A DNA stretch of 64,000 nt from Balanoglossus misakiensis (taxonomy: Eukaryota; Animalia; Hemichordata), in the NCBI GenBank assembly GCA_040954595.2, contig CM082593.2, positions 9,991,200-10,055,199 of the forward strand, written 5' to 3'. The number at the start of each line of letters is the position of its first letter. Position 1 is the first letter of the stretch. This document shows positions 27,173-42,100 of the stretch, in pieces. The translations under genes and the position numbers were made by a program. A model generated the notes under the pieces. That model was not told where the DNA came from. It saw only the letters and a list, made by a program, of their open reading frames with translations, and did no database searches.

Positions 27173-30100
27173 ACTTTGACACCGGGGTTTAAAATGCATA
27201 CAGGGATACTAAAAGTTGACTGAAAATCCCTGGGTTAATACGTGTCCAAAAGCAATTTTATTTGACATTGCTAATGCAGCGATGACATTGAATCTGATTC
27301 TTTGCATCAGGGTAAATTGTGATGCAAGCTTGATGATGCAGCCCGGTAGATAGTGATGGAAACACTTCACTTTGACATGGGTATTTAATGCATGTGCATG
27401 GGTATTTAATGTTGACTGTAAATCCCCAGGTTAATTCTTGGCCAAAAGCACTGTAATTTGACATTGCTAATGCTACCGTGACACTAAATCTGATTCTTTG
27501 CATCAGGGTAAATTGTGAAGCAAGCTTGATGATGCATCATGATAGATGGTGTTTCAAGCCCTTCACATTGACATTGGAATATAACGCATATGGGGATTGA
27601 AAGTTGATTGTGAATCCCCAGGTTAATACTTGGCTAAAAGCACTGTAATTTAAAATTGCTAATGCAATGGTGACATTGAATTTGATTCTTTGCATTAGGG
27701 GAAATGGTGTAGGAAGCCTAATGGTGCATCAGAGTAGATGGTGATGCAAGCTCTGCACTTTGACATAGGTATTTAATGCATATGCATGTGTATTTAATGT
27801 TGACTGTAAATCATCAGGTTAATACGTGGCCATAAGAACTGTAATTTGACATTGCTAATGCAACAATGATATTGAATCTGATTCTTTGCATCAGGGTTAA
27901 TGGCATTGCAGGCTTGATGATGCATCCCGGTAGATAGTGAGGCAAACACTTCACTTTGACATGGGTATTTAATGCATGCACATTGATATCTAAAGTTGAC
28001 TCTAAATCCCGAGGTTATCCCATGGCCAAAAGCACTGTAATTTTAAATTACTAATGCAAGGGTGACATTGAATATGGGTAAATGGTGAAGCAAACGTGAT
28101 GATGCATCAGGATAGATGGTGTTTCAAGCCCTTCACATTGACTTTTGAATATAATGCATATGGGGATTTAAAGATGATTATAAATCCCTAGGTTAAGACA
28201 TGGCCAAAAGAACTTTTATTTGATATTGCTAATGCAACAGTGACATTGAATCTGATTCTATGCATCAGGGTAAATGGCGAAGCAAGCTTAATGATGCATG
28301 AGGACAGATGGTGTTACAAGCCCTTCACATTCACATTGGAATATAACGCATTTGGGGATTTGAAGTTGACTGTAAATCCTCAGGTTAATACGTGGCCAAA
28401 AGCAATTTTATTTGACATTGCTAATGCAATGGTGACATTGAATCTGATCCTATGCATCAGGGTAAATGGCGATGCAGGCTTGATGATGCATCACGGTAGA
28501 TAGTGATGCAAACAGTTCACTTTGACATGGGTTTAAATGGATATGGGGATTTCAAGTTGATTACAAATCCCTGGGTTAATACGTGTCCAAAAGCAATGTA
28601 ATTTGACATTGCTAATGAAATGGTGACATTGAATGTAATTCTTTGCATTAGGGGAAATGGCTAAGCAAGCTTAATGATGCATTGGACTAGATGGTGATGC
28701 AAGCTATGCATTTTGACATACATATTTAATGCATATGCATGGATATTTAATGTTGACTATAAATCCTCAGGTGAATACATGGCCATAAGCACTATAATTT
28801 GACATTGCTAATGAAATGGTGACACTGAATCTGATTCTTTGCATAAGGGCAAATGGCGAAGCAAGCTTAATGATGCATCAGGATAGATGGTGTTTTAAGC
28901 CCCTCACATTGACATTGGAATATAACGCATATGGGGATTTAAAGTTAATTGTAAATACCCAGGTTAATACATGGCCAAAAGCACTGTAATTTAAAATTGC
29001 TAATGCAATGGTGATATTGAATGTGATTCTTTGCATTAGGGGAACTGGCGTAGCAATCCTAATAGTGCATCAGAGTAGATGGTGATGCAAGCTCTGCACT
29101 TTGACATAGGTATTTAATGCATATGCATGTGTATTTAATGTTGACTATAAATCCTCAGGTGAATACATGGCCATAAACACTATAATTTGACATTGCTAAT
29201 GAAATGGTGACACTGAATCTGATTCTTTGCATCAGGGCATATTGTGAAGCATGCTTGATGATGCATTAGGGTCAATAGTGATGGAAACACTGCACTATGA
29301 CATGGGTATTTAATGCATACGCATTGATATTTACAGTTGACTCTTAATCCCGAGGTTAATACATGGCTAAAAGCACTGTAATTTAAAATTACTAATGCAG
29401 AGGTTACATTGAATATGGGTAAATGGTGAAGCAAGCTTGAAGATGCATCAGGGTAGCTGGTGTTTCAAGCCCTTCACATTGACATTGGAATATAATGCAT
29501 ATGGGGATTTAAAATTGATTGTAAATCCCTAGGTTAATACATGGCCAAAAGCACTGTAATTTAAAATTGCTAATGCAATGGTGACATTGAATGTGATTCT
29601 TTGCATCAGGGCATATTGTGAAGCATGCTTGATGATGCATTAGGGTCAATAGTGATGGAAACACTGCACTATGACATGGGTATTTAATGCATACGCATTG
29701 ATATTTACAGTTGACTCTTAATCCTGAGGTTAATACATGGCTAAAAGCACTGTAATTTAAAATTACTAATGCAAAGGTTACATTGAATATGGGTAAATGG
29801 TGAAGCAAGCTTGAAGATGCATCAGGGTAGATGGTGTTTCAAGCCCTTCACATTGACATTGGAATATAATGCATATGGGGATTTAAAATTGATTGTAAAT
29901 CGCTAGGTTAATACGTGGCCAAAAGCAATTTTATTTGACATTGCTAATGCAACGATGACATTGAATCCGATTCTTTGTATCAGGGTAAATGGCGATGCAA
30001 GCTTGATGATGCATCACGGTAGATAGTGATGCAAACACTTCACTTTGACATGGGCATTAAATGCATATGGGGATTTCAAGTTGATTACAAATCCCTGGGT

Positions 30101-33100
30101 TAATACGCGTCCAAAAGCACTGTAATTTGACATTGCTAATGCGATGTTGACATTGAATGTAATTCTCCGCATTAGGGCAAATGGCAAAGCAAGCTTAATG
30201 ATGCAATGGAGTAGACGGTGATGCATGCTATGCATTTTGACATAGGTATTTAATGCATGTGCATGGGTATTTAATGTTGAATGTAAATTCCCAGGTTAAA
30301 ACATCTCCAAAAGCACTGTAATTTAAAATTGCTAATGTAAGGGTGACATTGAATCTGATTCTTTGCATTATGGGAAATGGCGTAGCAAGCCTAATGATCC
30401 ATCTGAGTAGATGGTGATGCAAGCTAAGCATTTTGATATAGGTACTAAATGTATATACATGGGTATTTAAAGTTGTCTGTAAATCCCCAGGTTAATACTT
30501 GGCAAAAAGCAATTTTATTTGACATTGCTAATGAAATGGTGACACTGAATCTGATTCTTTGCATCAGGGTAAATGGCGATGCAAGCTTGATGATGCATCA
30601 CGGTAGATAGTGATGCAAACACTTCACTTTGACATGGGCATTAAATGCATATGGGGATTTCAAGTTGATTACAAATCCCTGGGTTAATACGCGTCCAAAA
30701 GCACTGTAATTTGACATTGCTAATGCGATGTTGACATTGAATGTAATTCTCCGCGTTAGGGCAAATGGCAAAGCAAGCTTAATGATGCAATGGAGTAGAC
30801 GGTGATGCAAGCTATGCATTTTGACATAGGTATTTAATGCATGTGCATGGGTATTTAATGTTGAATGTAAATTCCCAGGTTAATACATCTCCAAAAGCAC
30901 TGTAATTTAAAATTGCTAATGTAAGGGTGACATTGAATCTGATTCTTTGCATTATGGGAAATGGCGTAGCAAGCCTAATGATCGATCTGAGTAGATGGTG
31001 ATGCAAGCTAAGCATTTTGATAGAGGTACTAAATGTATAAACATGGGTATTTAAAGTTGTCTGTAAATCCCCAGATTAATACTTGGCAAAAAGCAATTTT
31101 ATTTGACATTGCTAATGAAATGGTGACACTGAATCTGATTCTTTGCATCAGGGTAAATGGCGATGCAAGCTTGATGATGCATCCCGGTAGATAGTGATGC
31201 AAACACTTCACTGTGACATGGGTAGTAAATGCATATGGGGATTAAAAGTTGACTGAAAATCCCTGGGTTAATACAAGTCCAAAAGCACTGAAATTTGACA
31301 TAGCTAATACAATGGTGACATTGAATGTGATTCTTTGCATTAGGGGAAATGGCGTAGCAAGCCTAATGATGCATCAGTGTAGATGGTGATCCAAGCTATG
31401 CTTTTTGACATAGGTATTTAATGCATGTGCATGGGTATTTAATGTTGACTGTAAATCCCTGGGTTAATACAAATCCAAAATCACTTTAATTTGACATTGC
31501 TAATACAACGGTGTCATTTAATCTGATTCTTTGCATCAGGGCAAATTGCGAAGCAAGCTTAATGATGCATCGGAGTATATGGTGATGCAAGCTATGCACT
31601 TTGACATACGTATTTAATGCATATGCATGGGTATTTAATGTTGACTGTAAATCCCCAGGTTAATAAGTGGCCAAAAGCACTGTAATTTGACATTGCTAAT
31701 GCTACCGTGACATTAAATCTGATTCTTTGCATTAGGGTAAATTGTGAAGCAAGCTTGATGATGCATCAGGATAGATGGTGTTTTAAGCCCCTCACATTGA
31801 CATTGGAATATAACGCATATGGGGATTTAAAGTTAATTGTAAATACCCAGGTTAATACATGGCCAAAAGCACTGTAATTTAAAATTGCTAATGCAATGGT
31901 GATATTGAATGTGATTCTTTGCATTAGGGGAACTGGCGTAGCAATCCTAACAGTGCATCAGAGTAGATGGTGATGCAAGCTCTGCACTTTGACATAGGTA
32001 TTTAATGCATATGCATGTGTATTTAATGTTGACTATAAATCCTCAGGTGAATACATGGCCATAAACACTATAATTTGACATTGCTAATGAAATGGTGACA
32101 CTGAATCTGATTCTTTGCATCAGGGCATATTGTGAAGCATGCTTGATGATGCATTAGGGTCAATAGTGATGGAAACACTGCACTATGACATGGGTATTTA
32201 ATGCATACGCATTGATATTTACAGTTGACTCTAAATCCCGAGGTTTATACATGGCTAAAAGCGCTGTAATTTAAAATTACTAATGCAAAGGTTACATTGA
32301 ATATGGGTAAATGGTGAAGCAAGCTTGAAGATGCATCAGGGTAGCTGGTGTTTCAAGCCCTTCACATTGACATTGGAATATAATGCATATCGGGATTTAA
32401 AATTGATTGTAAATCCCTAGTTTAATACATGGCCAAAAGCACTGTAATTTAAAATTGCTAATGCAATGGTGACATTGAATGTGATTCTTTGCATCAGGGC
32501 ATATTGTGAAGCATGCTTGATGATGCATTAGGGTCAATAGTGATGGAAACACTGCACTATGACATGGGTATTTAATGCATACGCATTGATATTTACAGTT
32601 GACTCTTAATCCCGAGGTTAATACATGGTTAAAAGCACTGTAATTTAAAATTACTAATGCAAAGGTTACATTGAATATGGGTAAATGGTGAAGCAAGCTT
32701 GAAGATGCATCAGGGTAGATGGTGTTTCAAGCCCTTCACATTGACATTGGAATATAATGCATACGGGGATTTAAAATTGATTGTAAATCCCTAGGTTAAT
32801 ACGTGGCCAAAAGCAATTTTATTTGACATTGCTAATGCAACGATGACATTGAATCCGATTCTTTGTATCAGGGTAAATGGCGATGCAAGCTTGATGATGC
32901 ATCACGGTAGATAGTGATGCAAACACTTCACTTTGACATGGGCATTAAATGCATATGGGGATTTCAAGTTGATTACAAATCCCTGGGTTAATACGCGTCC
33001 AAAAGCACTGTAATTTGACATTGCTAATGCGATGTTGTCATTGAATGTAATTCTCCGCATTAGGGCAAATTGGAAAGCAAGCTTAATGATGCAATGGAGT

Positions 33101-36100
33101 AGACGGTGATGCAAGCTATGCATTTTGACATAGGTATTTAATGCATGTGCATGGGTATTTAATGTTGAATGTAAATTCCCAGGTTAATACATCTCCAAAA
33201 GCACTGTAATTTAAAATTGCTAATGTAAGGGTGACATTGAATCTGATTCTTTGCATTATGGGAAATGGCGTAGCAAGCCTAATGATCCATCTGAGTAGAT
33301 GGTGATGCAAGCTAAGCATTTTGATATAGGTACTAAATGTATATACATGGGTATTTAAAGTTGTGTGTAAATCCCCAGGTTAATACTTGGCAAAAAGCAA
33401 TTTTATTTGACATTGCTAATGAAATGGTGACACTGAATCTGATTCTTTGCATCAGGGTAAATGGCGATGCAAGCTTGATGATGCATCCGGGTAGATAGTG
33501 ATGCAAACACTTCACTGTGACATGGGTATTAAATGCATATGGGGATTAAAAGTTGACTGAAAATCCCTGGGTTAATACAAGTCCAAAAGCACTGAAATTT
33601 GACATAGCTAATACAATGGTGACATTGAATGTGATTCTTTGCATTAGGGGAAATGGCGTAGCAAGCCTAATGATGCATCAGTGTAGATGGTGATCCAAGC
33701 TATGCTATTTGACATAGGTATTTAATGCATGTGCATGGGTATTTAATGTTGACTGTAAATCCCTGGGTTAATACAAATCCAAAATCACTGTAATTTGACA
33801 TTGCTAATACAACGGTGTCATTTAATCTGATTCTTTGCATCAGGGCAAATTGCGAAGCAAGCTTAATGATGCATCGGAGTATATGGTGATGCAAGCTATG
33901 CACTTTGACATACGTATTTAATGCATACGCATGGGTATTTAATGTTGACTGTAAATCCCCAGGTTAATAAGTGGCCAAAAGCACTGTAATTTGACATTGC
34001 TAATGCTACCGTGACATTAAATCTGATTCTTTGCATTAGGGTAAATTGTGAAGCAAGCTTGATGATGCATCAGGATAGATGGTGTTTTAAGCCCCTCACA
34101 TTGACATTGGAATATAACGCATATGGGGATTTAAAGTTAATTGTAAATACCCAGGTTAATACATGGCCAAAAGCACTGTAATTTAAAATTGCTAATGCAA
34201 TGGTGATATTGAATGTGATTCTTTGCATTAGGGGAACTGGCGTAGCAATCCTAACAGTGCATCAGAGTAGATGGTGATGCAAGCTCTGCACTTTGACATA
34301 GGTATTTAATGCATATGCATGTGTATTTAATGTTGACTATAAATCCTCAGGTGAATACATGGCCATAAACACTATAATTTGACATTGCTAATGAAATGGT
34401 GACACTGAATCTGATTCTTTGCATCAGGGCATATTGTGAAGCATGCTTGATGATGCATTAGGGTCAATAGTGATGGAAACACTGCACTATGACATGGGTA
34501 TTTAATGCATACGCATTGATATTTACAGTTGACTCTAAATCCCGAGGTTTATACATGGCTAAAAGCGCTGTAATTTAAAATTACTAATGCAAAGGTTACA
34601 TTGAATATGGGTAAATGGTGAAGCAAGCTTGAAGATGCATCAGGGTAGCTGGTGTTTCAAGCCCTTCACATTGACATTGGAATATAATGCATATGGGGAT
34701 TTAAAATTGATTGTAAATCCCTAGTTTAATACATGGCCAAAAGCACTGTAATTTAAAATTGCTAATGCAATGGTGACATTGAATGTGATTCTTTGCATCA
34801 GGGCATATTGTGAAGCATGCTTGATGATGCATTAGGGTCAATAGTGATGGAAACACTTCACTTTGACATGGGCATTAAATGCATATGGGGATTTCAAGTT
34901 GATTACAAATCCCTGGGTTAATACGCGTCCAAAAGCACTGTAATTTGACATTGCTAATGCGATGTTGTCATTGAATGTAATTCTCCGCATTAGGGCAAAT
35001 GGCAAAGCAAGCTTAATGATGCAATGGAGTAGACGGTGATGCAAGCTATGCATTTTGACATAGGTATTTAATGCATGTGCATGGGTATTTAATGTTGAAT
35101 GTAAATTCCCAGGTTAATACATCTCCAAAAGCACTGTAATTTAAAATTGCTAATGTAAGGGTGACATTGAATCTGATTCTTTGCATTATGGGAAATGGCG
35201 TAGCAAGCCTAATGATCCATCTGAGTAGATGGTGATGCAAGCTAAGCATTTTGATATAGGTACTAAATGTATATACATGGGTATTTAAAGTTGTGTGTAA
35301 ATCCCCAGGTTAATACTTGGCAAAAAGCAATTTTATTTGACATTGCTAATGAAATGGTGACACTGAATCTGATTCTTTGCATCAGGGTAAATGGCGATGC
35401 AAGCTTGATGATGCATCCGGGTAGATAGTGATGCAAACACTTCACTGTGACATGGGTATTAAATGCATATGGGGATTAAAAGTTGACTGAAAATCCCTGG
35501 GTTAATACAAGTCCAAAAGCACTGAAATTTGACATAGCTAATACAATGGTGACATTGAATGTGATTCTTTGCATTAGGGGAAATGGCGTAGCAAGCCTAA
35601 TGATGCATCAGTGTAGATGGTGATCCAAGCTATGCTATTTGACATAGGTATTTAATGCATGTGCATGGGTATTTAATGTTGACTGTAAATCCCTGGGTTA
35701 AAACAAATCCAAAATCACTGTAATTTGACATTGCTAATACAACGGTGTCATTTAATCTGATTCTTTGCATCAGGGCAAATTGCGAAGCAAGCTTAATGAT
35801 GCATCGGAGTATATGGTGATGCAAGCTATGCACTTTGACATACGTATTTAATGCATACGCATGGGTATTTAATGTTGACTGTAAATCCCCAGGTTAATAA
35901 GTGGCCAAAAGCACTGTAATTTGACATTGCTAATGCTACCGTGACACTAAATCTGATTCTTTGCATTAGGGTAAATTGTGAAGCAAGCTTGATGATGCAT
36001 CAGGATAGATGGTGTTTTAAGCCCCTCACATTGACATTGGAATATAACGCATATGGGGATTTAAAGTTAATTGTAAATACCCAGGTTAATACATGGCCAA

Positions 36101-39100
36101 AAGCACTGTAATTTAAAATTGCTAATGCAATGGTGACATTGAATGTGATTCTTTGCATTAGGGGAACTGGCGTAGCAATCCTAATAGTGCATCAGAGTAG
36201 ATGGTGATGCAAGCTCTGCACTTTGACATAGGTATTTAATGCATATGCATGTGTATTTAATGTTGACTATAAATCCTCAGGTGAATACATGGCCATAAAC
36301 ACTATAATTTGACATTGCTAATGAAATGGTGACACTGAATCTGATTCTTTGCATCAGGGCATATTGTGAAGCATGCTTGATGATGCATTAGGGTCAATAG
36401 TGATGGAAACACTGCACTATGACATGGGTATTTAATGCATACACATTGATATTTACAGTTGACTCTAAATCCCGAGGTTTATACATGGCTAAAAGCGCTG
36501 TAATTTAAAATTACTAATGCAAAGGTTACATTGAATATGGGTAAATGGTGAAGCAAGCTTGAAGATGCATCAGGGTAGCTGGTGTTTCAAGCCCTTCACA
36601 TTGACATTGGAATATAATGCATATGGGGATTTAAAATTGATTGTAAATCCCTAGGTTAATACATGGCCAAAAGCACTGTAATTTAAAATTGCTAATGCAA
36701 TGGTGACATTGAATGTGATTCTTTGCATCAGGGCATATTGTGAAGCATGCTTGATGATGCATTAGGGTCAATAGTGATGGAAACACTGCACTATGACATG
36801 GGTATTTAATGCATACGCATTGATATTTACAGTTGACTCTTAATCCCGAGGTTAATACATGGCTAAAAGCACTGTAATTTAAAATTACTAATGCAAAGGT
36901 TACATTGAATATGGGTAAATGGTGAAGCAAGCTTGAAGATGCATCAGGGTAGATGGTGTTTCAAGCCCTTCACATTGACATTGGAATATAATGCATATGG
37001 GGATTTAAAATTGATTGTAAATCCCTAGGTTAATACGTGGCCAAAAGCAATTTTATTGGACATTGCTAATGCAACGATGACATTGAATCCGATTCTTTGT
37101 ATCAGGGTAAATGGCGATGCAAGCTTGATGATGCATCACGGTAGATAGTGATGCAAACACTTCACTTTGACATGGGCAGTAAATGCATATGGGGATTTCA
37201 AGTTGATTACAAATCCCTGGGTTAATACGCGTCCAAAAGCACTGTAATTTGACATTGCTAATGCGATGTTAACATTGAATGTAATTCTCCGCATTAGGGC
37301 AAATGGCAAAGCAAGCTTAATGATGCAATGGAGTAGACGGTGATGCAAGCTATGCATTTTGACATAGGTATTTAATGCATGTGCATGGGTATTTAATGTT
37401 GAATGTAAATTCCCAGGTTAATACATCTCCAAAAGCACTGTAATTTAAAATTGCTAATGTAAGGGTGACATTGAATCTGATTCTTTGCATTATGGGAAAT
37501 GGCGTAGCAAGCCTAATGATCCATCTGAGTAGATGGTGATGCAAGCTAAGCATTTTGACATAGGTACTAAATGTATATACATGGGTATTTAAAGTTGTGT
37601 GTAAATCCCCAGGTTAATACATGGCCATAAGCTCTATAATTTGACATTGCTAATGAAATGGTGACACTGAATCTGATTCTTTGCATCAGGGCATATTGTG
37701 AAGCATGCTTGATGATGTATTAGGGTCAACAGTGATGGAAACACTGCACTATGACATGGGTATTTAATGCATACGCATTGATATTTACAGTTGACTCTAA
37801 ATCCCGAGGTTAATACATGGCTAAAAGCGCTGTAATTTAAAATTACTAATGCAAAGGTTACATTGAATATGGGTAAATGGTGAAGCAAGCTTCAAGATGC
37901 ATCAGGGTAGATGGTGTTTCAAGCCCTTCACATTGACTTGGAATATAATGCATATGGGGATTTAAAATTGATTGTAAATCCCTAGGTTAATACGTGGCCA
38001 AAAGCAATTTTATTTGACATTGCTAATGCAACGATGACATTGAATCCGATTCTTTGCATCAGGGTAAATGGCGATGCAAGCTTGATGATGCATCATGGTA
38101 GATAGTGATGCAAACACTTCACTTTGACATGGGCATTAAATGCATATGGGGATTTCAAGTTGATTACAAATCCCTGGATTAATACGCGTCCAAAAGCACT
38201 GTAATTTGACATTGCTAATGCGATGTTGACATTGAATGTAATTCTCCGCATTAGGGCAAATGGCAAAGCAAGCTTAATGATGCAATGGAGTAGACGGTGA
38301 TGCAAGCTATGCATTTTGACATAGGTATTTAATGCATGTGCTTGGGTATTTAATGTTGAATGTAAATTCCCAGGTTAATACATCTCCAAAAGCACTGTAA
38401 TTTAAAATTGCTAATGTAAGGGTGACATTGAATCTGATTCTTTGCATTATGGGAAATGGCGTAGCAAGCCTAATGATCCATCTGAGTAGATGGTGATGCA
38501 AGCTAAGCAGTTTGATATAGGTACTAAATGTATATACATGGGTATTTAAAGTTGTCTGTAAATCCCCAGGTTAATACTTGGCAAAAAGCAATTTTATTTG
38601 ACATTGCTAATGAAATGGTGACACTGAATCTGATTCTTTGCATCAGGGTAAATGGCGATGCAAGCTTGATGATGCATCCGGGTAGATAGTGATGCAAACA
38701 CTTCACTGTGACATGGGTATTAAATGCATATGGGGATTAAAAGTTGACTGAAAATCCCTGGGTTAATACAAGTCCAAAAGCACTGAAATTTGACATAGCT
38801 AATACAATGGTGACATTGAATGTGATTCTTTGCATTAGGGGAAATGGCGTAGCAAGCCTAATGATGCATCAGTGTAGATGGTGATCCAAGCTATGCTATT
38901 TGACATAGGTATTTAATGCATGTGCATGGGTATTTAATGTTGACTGTAAATCCCTGGGTTAATACAAATCCAAAATCACTGTAATTTGACATTGCTAATA
39001 CAACGGTGTCATTTAATCTGATTCTTTGCATCAGGGCAAATTGCGAAGCAAGCTTAATGATGCATCGGAGTATATGGTGATGCAAGCTATGCACTTTGAC

Positions 39101-42100
39101 ATACGTATTTAATGCATACGCATGGGTATTTAATGTTGACTGTAAATCCCCAGGTTAATAAGTGGCCAAAAGCACTGTAATTTGACATTGCTAATGCTAC
39201 CGTGACATTAAATCTGATTCTTTGCATTAGGGTAAATTGTGAAGCAAGCTTGATGATGCATCAGGATAGATGGTGTTTTAAGCCCCTCACATTGACATTG
39301 GAATATAACGCATATGGGGATTTAAAGTTAATTGTAAATACCCAGGTTAATACATGGCCAAAAGCACTGTAATTTAAAATTGCTAATGCAATGGTGATAT
39401 TGAATGTGATTCTTTGCATTAGGGGAACTGGCGTAGCAATCCTAACAGTGCATCAGAGTAGATGGTGATGCAAGCTCTGCACTTTGACATAGGTATTTAA
39501 TGCATATGCATGTGTATTTAATGTTGACTATAAATCCTCAGGTGAATACATGGCCATAAACACTATAATTTGACATTGCTAATGAAATGGTGACACTGAA
39601 TCTGATTCTTTGCATCAGGGCATATTGTGAAGCATGCTTGATGATGCATTAGGGTCAATAGTGATGGAAACACTGCACTATGACATGGGTATTTAATGCA
39701 TACGCATTGATATTTACAGTTGACTCTAAATCCCGAGGTTTATACATGGCTAAAAGCGCTGTAATTTAAAATTACTAATGCAAAGGTTACATTGAATATG
39801 GGTAAATGGTGAAGCAAGCTTGAAGATGCATCAGGGTAGCTGGTGTTTCAAGCCCTTCACATTGACATTGGAATATAATGCATATGGGGATTTAAAATTG
39901 ATTGTAAATCCCTAGTTTAATACATGGCCAAAAGCACTGTAATTTAAAATTGCTAATGCAATGGTGACATTGAATGTGATTCTTTGCATCAGGGCATATT
40001 GTGAAGCATGCTTGATGATGCATTAGGGTCAATAGTGATGGAAACACTTCACTTTGACATGGGCATTAAATGCATATGGGGATTTCAAGTTGATTACAAA
40101 TCCCTGGGTTAATACGCGTCCAAAAGCACTGTAATTTGACATTGCTAATGCGATGTTGTCATTGAATGTAATTCTCCGCATTAGGGCAAATGGCAAAGCA
40201 AGCTTAATGATGCAATGGAGTAGACGGTGATGCAAGCTATGCATTTTGACATAGGTATTTAATGCATGTGCATGGGTATTTAATGTTGAATGTAAATTCC
40301 CAGGTTAATACATCTCCAAAAGCACTGTAATTTAAAATTGCTAATGTAAGGGTGACATTGAATCTGATTCTTTGCATTATGGGAAATGGCGTAGCAAGCC
40401 TAATGATCCATCTGAGTAGATGGTGATGCAAGCTAAGCATTTTGATATAGGTACTAAATGTATATACATGGGTATTTAAAGTTGTGTGTAAATCCCCAGG
40501 TTAATACTTGGCAAAAAGCAATTTTATTTGACATTGCTAATGAAATGGTGACACTGAATCTGATTCTTTGCATCAGGGTAAATGGCGATGCAAGCTTGAT
40601 GATGCATCCGGGTAGATAGTGATGCAAACACTTCACTGTGACATGGGTATTAAATGCATATGGGGATTAAAAGTTGACTGAAAATCCCTGGGTTAATACA
40701 AGTCCAAAAGCACTGAAATTTGACATAGCTAATACAATGGTGACATTGAATGTGATTCTTTGCATTAGGGGAAATGGCGTAGCAAGCCTAATGATGCATC
40801 AGTGTAGATGGTGATCCAAGCTATGCTATTTGACATAGGTATTTAATGCATGTGCATGGGTATTTAATGTTGACTGTAAATCCCTGGGTTAAAACAAATC
40901 CAAAATCACTGTAATTTGACATTGCTAATACAACGGTGTCATTTAATCTGATTCTTTGCATCAGGGCAAATTGCGAAGCAAGCTTAATGATGCATCGGAG
41001 TATATGGTGATGCAAGCTATGCACTTTGACATACGTATTTAATGCATACGCATGGGTATTTAATGTTGACTGTAAATCCCCAGGTTAATAAGTGGCCAAA
41101 AGCACTGTAATTTGACATTGCTAATGCTACCGTGACACTAAATCTGATTCTTTGCATTAGGGTAAATTGTGAAGCAAGCTTGATGATGCATCAGGATAGA
41201 TGGTGTTTTAAGCCCCTCACATTGACATTGGAATATAACGCATATGGGGATTTAAAGTTAATTGTAAATACCCAGGTTAATACATGGCCAAAAGCACTGT
41301 AATTTAAAATTGCTAATGCAATGGTGACATTGAATGTGATTCTTTGCATTAGGGGAACTGGCGTAGCAATCCTAATAGTGCATCAGAGTAGATGGTGATG
41401 CAAGCTCTGCACTTTGACATAGGTATTTAATGCATATGCATGTGTATTTAATGTTGACTATAAATCCTCAGGTGAATACATGGCCATAAACACTATAATT
41501 TGACATTGCTAATGAAATGGTGACACTGAATCTGATTCTTTGCATCAGGGCATATTGTGAAGCATGCTTGATGATGCATTAGGGTCAATAGTGATGGAAA
41601 CACTGCACTATGACATGGGTATTTAATGCATACACATTGATATTTACAGTTGACTCTAAATCCCGAGGTTTATACATGGCTAAAAGCGCTGTAATTTAAA
41701 ATTACTAATGCAAAGGTTACATTGAATATGGGTAAATGGTGAAGCAAGCTTGAAGATGCATCAGGGTAGCTGGTGTTTCAAGCCCTTCACATTGACATTG
41801 GAATATAATGCATATGGGGATTTAAAATTGATTGTAAATCCCTAGGTTAATACATGGCCAAAAGCACTGTAATTTAAAATTGCTAATGCAATGGTGACAT
41901 TGAATGTGATTCTTTGCATCAGGGCATATTGTGAAGCATGCTTGATGATGCATTAGGGTCAATAGTGATGGAAACACTGCACTATGACATGGGTATTTAA
42001 TGCATACGCATTGATATTTACAGTTGACTCTTAATCCCGAGGTTAATACATGGCTAAAAGCACTGTAATTTAAAATTACTAATGCAAAGGTTACATTGAA

